Positions 1-10,101 of a DNA stretch of 64,000 nt are shown here, piece by piece. The notes under the pieces were generated by a model that was not told where the DNA came from, did not search any database, and worked only from the letters and a program-made list of their open reading frames with translations. Within the stretch, counting starts at the first letter, position 1; each line of letters starts with the position of its first letter. A program made the translations under genes and the position numbers. The DNA comes from Tubulanus polymorphus (Eukaryota; Animalia; Nemertea), in NCBI RefSeq assembly GCF_964204645.1, contig NC_134030.1:1409355-1473354 (forward strand). Direction: 5' to 3'.

Positions 1-1215
1 AGATATTAAATCAATAGATTTTTACAGCTGAATGACCTTCGTGTTCAGATAAGCTACAATTGTTCCTAGTGTGTTCTGTTAAGAAAGGGTGGAAAAACTT
101 GACCCAAATTCAAATTGAGTCGAGTTTTTCAAAGATAATCTCTGATCAAGATCGGCAGTTATAATCCATAATTGTTGAACTTGATTGGAGATTTTCGAGA
201 ACTGTTTTTAAGGTGATTCAGAAGTGTGAATCTGATGTTTTAATCTCTGGGTTTCAGAGATTAAATCAATAGGTTTTAACTTCTGAATCACTTCGGGTTT
301 TGGTAAGTTAAAGTGTTTCCTATTGTAATCTGTTAAACTGATTAAAGGGTGGAAAAAATTGATTCAAATTAATAATCTGAATCACAATTCACAATTAAAT
401 GAACTTTTTTAAGGTGATTCAGAAGTATAAATCTGATGTTTTAATCTCTGGGTTTCAGAGATTAAATCAATAGGCTTTACTTCTGAATCACTGTTAGGTT
501 TTGATAAGTTGTAAGTTGTTCCTATTGTTTAATGAATTGGTAGAAATTCTATTTTTAGGTGACAGGTCAAATAGATTAGAACAGTAATTTATGCAGAGGT
601 TGAATTAATTTAATGTTTGATATACCAAAGAATGGTTTATTGTGAAGATTTAATTAAAATCTTAAATAAAGAGTTGTTCAATTTCATAAATGTTTTGTTT
701 TCGATGAAGTTTTTTCATTTTCTGGATTTGAGGAATTTGACTTTAAACACATCGGTGGATTCAGCACAGTTCTGTGGACACAGTTTTGGGACCGAGACAC
801 AGCTCAAGACCCAGTTACAAGTTCAACTGGACTCCATCCCAAAAAACCCTGGGCCCTTCAAACCTTTAAGTAAGATGCTCACTTACAGATTCATAAAATT
901 GACCCTTATTATCTTGTCATCTGCAGAACCATCTCAAGAGGCTTAAACCAAGAATTTCTTGTAATGTTCAACAAATGTGAATTACATTAAGTAATTTTTG
1001 AGATCGACTAACACCAGTATTGAGTTTTTTCTAAATCACAGTCTACTTATTTTATATTCATCCACGATTTCATAGCTCTTTAACTATTCAACCCTTTCCC
1101 TGATGGGCCCTGGCCCCAATTGCTGAACCCAGTTCTCCAAGTCTAACTTCTGGGTTTAATGGTTTATCAGAGAATTAATGGATTAATTGGAAATAATCTA
1201 ACAATCAATAAAGTT
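1..1215 (+). repeat. 3' tail of a preceding ~30-kb tandem unit
   Basis: Matches 29226-30499 (apart from a 59-bp deletion near 384) and 60224-61495. Ends ...acaatcaataaagtt. Confidence 0.95.
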
Positions 1216-1355
1216 GTTCTTTTTTGATACGGGCTAGAAGTTGAGGGGCCCGCGCCCCGGGTTTTCTTTAAAGCTTTTGGCATTATCTAGAAAAACAAGT
1301 AAAAATATTAAATCATTTGAAAATATATCAGTCAGTCTTATTCTGGTTCAGTGAA

Positions 1356-1840
1356 CTAATTCTCTATATGGTGCATGTAGGGGTCCGGGGACACGACATC
1401 CACTAATTCTCTATATGGTGCATGTAGGGGTCCGGGGACACGACATCCACTAATTCTCTATATGGTGCATGTAGGGGTCCAGGGACACGACATCCACTAA
1501 TTCTCTATATGGTGCATGTAGGGGTCCAGGGACACCACATCCACTAATTCTCTATATGGTGCATGTAGGGGTCCAGGGACACCACATCCACTAATTCTCT
1601 ATACGATGCATGTAGGGGTCCAGGGACACCACATCCACTAATTCTCTATATGGTACGTGTAGGGGTCCAGGAACACCACATCCACTAATTCTCTATACGA
1701 TGCATGTAGGGGTCCAGGGACACCACATCCACTAATTCTCTATATGGTGCGTGTAGGGGTCCAGGAACACCACATCCACTAATTCTCTATACGATGCGTG
1801 TAGGGGTCCAGGGACACCACATCCACTAATTCTCTATATG
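1356..1840 (+). repeat. 47-bp tandem array, ~10.3 copies (left arm; unit B copy 30640-31124)
   Basis: Unit ctaattctctatatggtgcatgtaggggtccagggacaccacatcca; period 1356 to 1403. Confidence 0.97.
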
Positions 1841-2112
1841 TCGAGGGAGCTCTATCAATCAAGGAACAGTCGGCTCACAAGCAGCCCCTGCCCAAAAGGT
1901 TTTGACATTATATTTTCAAAAGCTCTAGTTGTTCTGTAGAACCGAGAGCGGAGCTCTGACTTGTTCCCCTCACTGCTGAGGTCTACTTTCTCTGATTCGC
2001 TGATTGGCTTCTCTTTGGTACATTTTAGATGATCAAAAACTAGAAACTGTCATGCGTTTATTCATTTGGGTATATGTTAAAATTCTTTTACAGTAATGGC
2101 ATATTAGGCACA

Positions 2113-2425
2113 TCAAAACAAATCCGGAATTGTCCCCGAACGAAGTGGCTCCCTCCACTCTCCATCAGTATGCCGGGCCACCACCTCTACCTCTCGGGCA
2201 ACTCGATCCCTCGCCAGCTTTTTGGCGAGTGAACGAGTGACCGCCCGAGATACGGATGGAGAAGCAGGAGGAGCAGGACCCGCACCTGCCCCAGCCCCAC
2301 CACCATCCCTCTTCGGCCTCTTCCTATTTATCCCCTCCCCTTCCTCCCGATTACCTTCGTCAGCCGCACCATCCGCCGGGACCACTCTTGCTCCTCCTCC
2401 CTGCAGAGCCACGACGACCGCAACT
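2113..2425 (-). pseudogene. Inverted paralog of the orphan gene's terminal exon (frame intact; pseudo-exon or paralog exon)
   Basis: Aligns to 21704-22012 with 9 amino-acid differences in ~102 (VAVVVALQGGGARVV...PLRSGTIPDLF*). Upstream exons not found. Confidence 0.7.
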
Positions 2426-3346
2426 GGTACTTTTCGGTTTCTCATGGTTTCCCCACCATCTTTCAAAAGAGAACTATCAATATATCATTAGCTACAAGGA
2501 AATTTTTCAGAAACTTTTTCAGGTCATTCTTTCTTGTATTATTAGCATTTGATTCTCTATATATCGTCAGAACATGGACTCAGAGTGTTTCTTTAATGGT
2601 TAAGAATGTCTCTTTAACCAACATCCCCCTAGCCTGCTTCCTACATATCCCTTCCCTTTCCTCCTGATTACCTTTGATCCCCACTGCCTAGCAGCTAACA
2701 GCTGCTGCTATTTTATCTGGTTTACATGTTTTGCAGATAGTGTCTGTTATGCTATAGTTGTTCTTTTAATCGTTTAACTTCTTCATCTGAAATTTCATTA
2801 TTCTAATTTCAGTTTCACGCAGGAAATGGTTCATGAAAATCTGCATTGAGACTGGGACGAAATGTGCATTGAGACGGATGAAATCTGCATGAACAGAGAT
2901 ATACTTTAAGATCCCCATTTTATCCATCGGAGTGAATGTACATCCACTACTCACAGGTAGAAAACCTACAAACGCTAAACACTCATCCCTGGGCCCTGAT
3001 TCAAAATAAAAAAAAAAAGATTAAATTAAGAATTAACATTTTTATGAATCAGTGATCAGTTTCATAAAATAATTCCTAAATTAATTTTAGGGGTTTATTA
3101 TTTCAGATTGAAATGAATTCTTCATGTTTATGCAATTCTCATTATCTTTCATTGCAGCATTTATATATTCAATTTTAATCATACATGTGAAATATATAAT
3201 GTATTTTCAGGGAAACGTAAACAAGAAAGGAAGGGAAGAAAGAGAAGGGAAGAAAGAGTTGGATGATTAATGCGCACTTATTCTCCATTCCGAATTCCTG
3301 TATTCGACTCTAGGTGATCATCATACGAACGAGATATAGAAAAAAA

Positions 3347-3655
3347 CATTACTGAAGTCATCTCTATTTTTTAGTCTCAATTTGTATTTCTAATTCAATT
3401 TACTAAGTGTGTAAGTCATCATTTGGATAAGTCGTCACATTACTGAAGTCATCTCTATTTTTTAGTCTCAATTTGTATTTCTAATTCAATTTACTAAGTG
3501 TGTAAGTCATCATTTGGATAAGTCGTCACATTACTGAAGTCATCTCTATTTTTTAGTCTCAATTTGTATTTCTAATTCAATTCACTAAGTGTGTAAGTCA
3601 TCATTTGGATAAGTCGTCACATTATTGAAGTCATCTCTATTTTGAAGTCTCAATT
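3347..3655 (+). repeat. 91-bp tandem repeat, ~3.4 copies (unit B copy 32631-32939)
   Basis: cattactgaagtcatctc recurs at 3347, 3438, 3529 and 3620. Confidence 0.95.
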
Positions 3656-6600
3656 AGTATTCAGTTTACTTCAGATAACGTAATTCGGTTTAATCACAAG
3701 TCGTCAACATTATAATCAATGTAACTACAGTGACTACATTATTGTCCTTTTATTGAGAAATTTATGTTAATTTTTGATTTCTGGGATAAATCAAAATTCA
3801 AATGTTATCATTTTTTGTATCAAAAATTGTAAAAAATTGAATAATTTGTGTGCTATTGAAACATTCAGTTATGGGGAGTTTTAAGCTCAGAAAACTTTGA
3901 GCCTGTTTATACAAGTGTTGTAACAAGTGTTGAACAATTCAAAGATCATGTTTTTTATACTTTGTCATGTTAGAAAAAATGTTTTCTAGTATATTGATGT
4001 TTCTAAAAAAACATATGATTCAACTTTAAAAGGCCAAGCCTTCTAATAAAATTAGTTTGTCATATATATATATATATTACTTGGTTATTGTCAAGTTTTT
4101 TAAAAAATATTTTGGTTTTCTCAGCTTTCTCTGGTGGAAATTTCTTCGTGGAATTCCTCTTCTATACAAGTTCCTCCTCAGACTGTTTTTATGCGAGAGT
4201 TTATAACAACCGGATCCTCAGAAAATGGTCGGAGTGCCAAGTCTTCGATTTAAGATCACCAGTCTTATCTGAGACCATAAGTTCACTAGCAAGTTTCACT
4301 AGCGATTCCAACAGCTATAGGATGGAACAGTATTATTATATAGGTCACCACTGTGCAATTGAGCCCAGATCATCAGAAAAAGATAAAAGTGAAGATATGT
4401 GATGGGATTCATTGAAAATTTTGCATATTTAATTAATTCATTGAACTACTTGATTTGTATGATTTATTTTTTGGGAATTTTCGAATTTGTCATCAATAAC
4501 TAGTATATATTTCTTTTCAAGTTGTGAGCGATCTAGTTCTCTGTCGACCCATTGAAAGTGAATCGACTCTGAACTGTAGAACTGGACCCAGGGAGCTGAA
4601 TCTCGCGTGCCACAGCAAGATACAGAGCTCTTCAATGTCTTAACCGTCAGGTGCTGCCCCTAAACAAATCAATAGCGGTAAATCTGTGAACTAACTTATA
4701 GCTCGCTTGCCAGAGTAGAATGATAGCGAGCTGTCTAAAATCTTGAACCGTCTAGTGCTGCCCCTTAATCGATATGTATCGGAAAAGTGAATTTATTACT
4801 CGCATGCCACAGTAGTTGAGTAGTTGGAACATCATGATAGACTCGTTTTTCTGTGCAGCTATAACGGGAACTATTTCAGATCTGATAATGAATATAAACT
4901 CAGTCACAGTTCGATAACAAACGCCGCTGGGTGAAATTGATGTAAACAAATAATCGTGTTGAAATTGAATTTAGTTTAAGATATATTTTCGTGGTAGTTT
5001 TTATTTTCAAGCTGTTTACGTTCACTTCAAATGATGAAACGATGAAACCATATTAAATACATCCCTGTTTTAGTGGGGATTTTGAGTTTTGGTCCTTTCC
5101 GTATCTTCTAGAAACATCAAGTAGAAAGGCATTAACTGAACCCTATGTCTTTAACTTCAGGAGTCTATATGGAGTTTTCGGATGCCTCTTTTCCTCACTT
5201 CTTGCATTCGTCACTATTAGAAATCCGGACAAACTGAATTCAGTTCGACGAGGCCGAAGAACAGAAGATCTGCACTAGCCGCAGGGTTCGTGTTGGCTTG
5301 GATCGGTGGGAGGCAATCAAACCCCGACACGTGAAGATGTATCCTCAAAAATGGATACCGGAACGCTTCTCTGGTTTACGATGATTAGTCTGCAGGGATA
5401 ACTCTTTGGCGGGGCGTGATCGCGTGAATAGCCCAAACTAAACCTTCAGAGTTCACTGTACTACAGCATACAACATCTGATAACTTGCATAATAAAGCGC
5501 GGCGTGCATGAAAAGAATTGTATAAATGCGGGCAAGATTCCGTGCCCTGGCAATCGAACGCCGGAGTGGAGGTATTCCATACACTGGTAGGTGAGTCGGA
5601 GCATAGACTGGTTGCTTGTCCCATAGAGACCGGTAACCAGTCTAGCCACCTCACGATCAGTCTACATTGAAAAACCATTACTGAAATATGGTTGACGGAA
5701 ATATTCATTTCATATCAGATTCTGAAATATTTTCTCGTATTGACTACAAAATTTTTATTATCTTAATAAGATAAATCTGCCAAAGCTCAACAATTTGAAT
5801 TAGTGAAAACCGATGTGCGAAGTCGTCAATTCAGTAGCCCGATAGAGCCCGGTAACCAGTCTAACTGTCAATGTTCATTGCGCGGGAATGAACGGGCAAC
5901 CAGTCTACGATGAAAAATCATTTCTGAAAAATTATGAACGGAGATATTCATTTTACTTTGAATTTTGAATTATCTTATAAAACTGGCAGCCATATTAACC
6001 AAAGTATTAATAGTAAATCTGATAAAATCTAATACCGGTTTTAGAATAGGTGAAAACTGATTTATGTGATGCCGTCGGTTCAGAAGACTGATCCGTAGAA
6101 TCGTTCGCCACTTTCTTCCGGTCCACTTACTTCCGCGTTTGTGATTTGCATACAAGTAGTTTGAATGTTAAATGTATTAAGCCGCGTGTTGATTGGTTGA
6201 GGTCAGTGCGGTTTACTGAACGATGACCAGCTGTCAGCTGATCGAATCATTCGTTTCACAGACATTACGACGTAAGTATATTTTACATCTTTGATCAAAA
6301 ATTGTAGTGTAAAAAAACTCAAAACTAAGGCCTCTATAAATGATCGATTGACTTTAAATGATTACTTTAGCACAGCTCTTGTAGACAATGATTAGGTGTC
6401 ATAGTAGTTTAGCTCGAAAGTGCACATATAAGGTTAATTTTCATCCCTTATTTAGAGACCGAGGTATTGAGCGTCCATTTCAGCCCTTAAAATATCATCA
6501 ACCTACCTCAAACCGACTGTTTTTAAATCCAGCAATAGTTAACTATTGACTCATCATGGATTCGATTCAAAAACAATTTTAGTGATCATAGTGATTCGAA

Positions 6601-6894
6601 ACGTTTGAATTTTTGAAAAACACGAATGCTAAACGACGGATCCGGACTTCGATTGCGGCCCAATGGCAGAGTTGATTTTCTTATTTGGAATTTGAAGATA
6701 TAAATCACTGAAATCAATTGGTTTTCTGAACCAAAATTAAAATTAAGAAGAATTTAGGATGGAGATGTTTGATTTTCATTTTGTCTAAAATGCCGACTTA
6801 AAAATTAATTCAATTGAATCAAATTAATGAATTCATCATTTCACGATATTAGGCCTATAGATAATCAAAGTGTGAATATGAAATCACCTTTTCA

Positions 6895-7903
6895 ATCGCT
6901 GTTTTTGGGTAAGATTGCAGTTTTTAGGTAAGATCGCAGTTTTTAGGTTAGATCGCTGTTTTGAGGTTAGATCACCGTTTTGTGTTAGATTGCGGTTTTG
7001 TGTTAGATCACTTTTTTGTGTTAGATCGCTGTTTTGTTTAAGATCGCTGTTTTAGGTTAGATCGCAGTTTTTAGGTTACATTGCAGTATTTGGGTTAGAC
7101 CACAGTTTTTTGTTAGATCGCAGTTTTTAAGTTAGATCGCTGTTTTGGGTTAGATCAAAGTTTTTGTGTTAGATCGCTGTTTTAGGTTAGATCGCAGTTT
7201 TTGTGTTAGATTGCATTTTTGTGTTAGATCACTGGTTTTTTGTTAGATCGCAGTTTTTAGGTTAGATGGCAGTTTTTAAGTTAGATGGCTGTTTTGTATT
7301 AGATCGCTGTTTTTAGGTTAGATTGCTGTTTTTAGGTTAGATCGCTGTTTTGTGTTAGATCGCTGTTTTTAGGTTAGATCACAGTTTTTGTGTTAGATCA
7401 CAGCTTTTAGGTTAGATTGCTGTTTTTAGGTTAGATGGCTGTTTTTAGGTTAGATCCCTTTTTTTCTTAGATCGCAGTATTTAGGTTAGATCGCTTTTTT
7501 TGGATTAGATCGCAGTTTTTGGGTTAGATCGCAGTTATTGTGTTAGATCGCTGTTTTTGGGTTAGATCGCTGTTTTTGGGTTAGACGGCAGTGTTTAGGT
7601 TAGATTGCAGTTTTTAGGTAAGAACAATGTTTTTCTGTTAGATCGCAGTTTTTTTGTTAGATCGCAGTTTTTAGGTTAGATCGCAATTTTTTGTGTAAGA
7701 TAGCAGTTTTTTGTTTGGTCGCTGTTTTTGGGTTAGAAAGCTGTTTTTGTGTTAGATTGGTGTTTTTAGGTTAGATCGCTATTTTTGTGTTAGATCGCTG
7801 TTTTTGGGTTAGATGGCTGTTTTTGGGTTAGATGGCTGTTTTTGGGTTAGATGGCTGTTTTTGGGTTAGATCGCTGTTTTTGGGTTAGATCGCTGTTTTT
7901 GTG
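6895..7903 (+). repeat. 18-20-bp minisatellite (gttagatcgctgtttttgg-like)
   Basis: Strand-asymmetric G/T-rich array, about 1 kb. Confidence 0.95.
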
Positions 7904-7954
7904 TTTTTGTCAATCATCATATCAAGATTTGCAATCCCAGTTGCCTTCAAGTTT

Positions 7955-8721
7955 CATATAGAGAATTAGTGGATGTGGTGTCCCTGGACCCCTACATGCA
8001 CCATATAGAGAATTAGTGGATGTGGTGTCCCTGGACCCCTACATGCACCATATAGAGAATTAGTGGATGTGGTGTCCCTGGACCCCTACATGCACCATAT
8101 AGAGAATTAGTGGATGTGGTGTCCCTGGACCCCTACATGCACCATATAGAGAATTAGTGGATGTGGTGTCCCTGGACCCCTACATGCACCATATAGAGAA
8201 TTAGTGGATGTGGTGTCCCTGGACCCCTACATGCACCATATAGAGAATTAGTGGATGTGGTGTCCCTGGACCCCTACATGCACCATATAGAGAATTAGTG
8301 GATGTGGTGTCCCTGGACCCCTACATGCACCATATAGAGAATTAGTGGATGTGGTGTCCCTGGACCCCTACATGCACCGTATAGAGAATTAGTGGATGTG
8401 GTGTCCCTGGACCCCTACATGTACCATATAGAGAATTAGTGGATGTGGTGTCCCTGGACCCCTACATGCACCATATAGAGAATTAGTGGATGTGGTGTCC
8501 CTGGACCCCTACATGCACCATATAGAGAATAAGTGGATGTGGTGTCCCTGGACCCCTACATGCACCATATAGAGAATTAGTGGATGTGGTGTCCCTGGAC
8601 CCTTACATGCACCATATAAAGAATTAGTGGATGTGGTGTCCCTGGACCCCTACATGCACCATATAGAGAATTAGTGGATGTGGTGTCCCTGGACCCCTAC
8701 ATGCACCATATAAAGAATTAG
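7955..8721 (-). repeat. 47-bp tandem array, inverted, ~16.3 copies
   Basis: Reverse complement of the 1356-1840 unit. Confidence 0.97.
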
Positions 8722-8921
8722 TTCACTGAACCAGAATAAGACTGACTGATATATTTTCAAATGATTTAATATTTTTACTTGTTTTTCTAGAAGATGCCAA
8801 AAGCAACAAAAAAAACACGGGGCGCGGGCCCCTCACATTCAAGCCCGTATAATAAAGTAAGTACAAATTTACTGCTTCCATGCTTATTTATTCATCCCAT
8901 ACTTAGTATTTTGTACCCCTG

Positions 8922-9028
8922 GGTCCAGTTTCACAAAAAGGATTAACGCCTAAATCGATTTAAGATAAACTGAATTAATGAAGAAATTAAATCGATTTAA
9001 GAGTTAAACCTGTTTGTGAAACTAGGCC
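8922..9028. mobile_element. Small MITE, PIF/Harbinger-like (unit B copy 40130-40236)
   Basis: TIR ggtccagtttcacaaa / tttgtgaaactaggcc flanked by CTG on both sides (3-bp TSD). Confidence 0.7.
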
Positions 9029-9280
9029 CTGAATTGCATCTAGAATGAAAAAAAAAGAAAAAAAAATATTGAAAATAACGTTGGTGAAATATTTCTGGAT
9101 CTCTCTGGATTTCTGCTCAATGCATCGTTTAGTAAAATATCGATATTCTCTAAAAGTAAAGATATAAGAATAAAAATATTGTATTGAATCGTGATTAGTT
9201 ACTGTATGCGCTGCTAGTTGTTGCCCAACCCATAGCCTCATTTCTCTCCATTCTAAATTTGCATTGTTTAACATTGTCTG

Positions 9281-9879
9281 GTCGCTATGGAATCTATTTA
9301 TTTAAGTTTCTTTGTGGTATCCATGGCAACAGTAACGTTTAGGTAGTGGCACCAATTATGGGTCCCAACGTTCCCATGGCGATACATGAGAACATTTATC
9401 CTATTTTTGACCTTCATGACGTAAGATGGTAGTGAGTCGATGACGTCATTTTCGTCTCACCACTAATGAAAAAAAAAATGAAATGAAAAAAAAGGAAAAA
9501 ATCGTTAGAATTACGTTTATAAAATTTTTCTCGATCGGCTAAATGTATTGTTCCATTAAATATCGACATTCTCTAAAATTATAGGCATCAATATCAAAAT
9601 GATGATACAGCAGACTCCGCTTAACTCTGTTCTATTTGGACCATTAATTAACCGAATACCAACTTTTTAAAATTTTAGGATTTTTACGTTAAGGATCAGA
9701 AAATGTGTATGCAATTTCAACCGGGTACCGAGTAGGGTGGCCGAGTCTACTGTAGTCTGCTGCCCCCTCGAATCCATTACCTTATTATCTCTCAATTTGC
9801 ATTGTTTGACCTCGTCTGGTTGCTATGGAAACTATTTAGTTATATCAGGAACGGTTTTTTCGAGGTAACCAGTGGCAAC
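9281..9879 (+). promoter_or_regulatory. Cluster of 5 RFX X-box-like motifs and 2 CRE motifs upstream of the orphan gene
   Basis: gtcgctatggaatc 9281, gtatccatggcaac 9317, gttcccatggcgat 9370, gttgctatggaaac 9819, gtaaccagtggcaac 9865; tgacgtaa 9417, tgacgtca 9441. Confidence 0.6.
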
Positions 9880-10029
9880 AGTTAACAGACGTGTCCATCC
9901 TAGAGATAAACTGTCTGATTTCACAGCCACATCCGTCCTGGAGATAAACTGTTAGATAAACTCTGATTTCGCGTCTGTCCTATTTCTTGTCATTGTATGA
10001 ATATGTTTTCTCTTTTATAGGGTACAGCG

Positions 10030-10033
10030 CAGC

Positions 10034-10073
<40 letters not shown>

Positions 10074-10086
10074 GCAACAACAACAA
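10030..10086 (+). repeat. (CAA)n microsatellite in the first recognised exon, upstream of and in frame with ATG 10102
   Basis: About 19 CAA/CAG triplets; shorter in unit B (~41237-41281). Confidence 0.95.
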
Positions 10087-10101
10087 AAATTTAATATTTC
10101 T

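Larger units (their letters stand above)
1227..8850. mobile_element. Foldback-like block with long inverted arms (130-bp cap plus 47-bp array), non-autonomous
   Basis: 1227-1840 is the reverse complement of the 7955-8850 arm (atacgggc...gggcccgcgcccc...tctagaaaaacaag...gtgaactaattctc). No transposase ORF and no clear TSD. Confidence 0.6.

Noticed and set aside
617-946. 109-aa ORF present in the unit tails
   Set aside because: TTG start, AT-rich, and frameshifted in the third copy (60897-61260).
1356-1840. CRISPR-like appearance of the 47-, 46-, 40- and 35-bp arrays
   Set aside because: Units are contiguous with no unique spacers, there are no cas genes, and the context is intron-containing eukaryotic DNA.
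2222-2552. Overlapping ORFs 2222-2491, 2256-2552, 21641-21907, 21682-21873 and 21613-21801
   Set aside because: Shadow or alternative frames of the GC-rich terminal exon; only the frame joined by splicing is supported.
4088-4402. Possible plus-strand terminal exon (acceptor at 4124, AFSGGNFFVEF...EDM*)
   Set aside because: No linked upstream exons established and the copies are identical, so there is no coding evidence.
8790-8850. Flip/flop hairpin termini (parvovirus/poxvirus style) explaining the A vs B tip difference
   Set aside because: The two variants are not reverse complements of each other.
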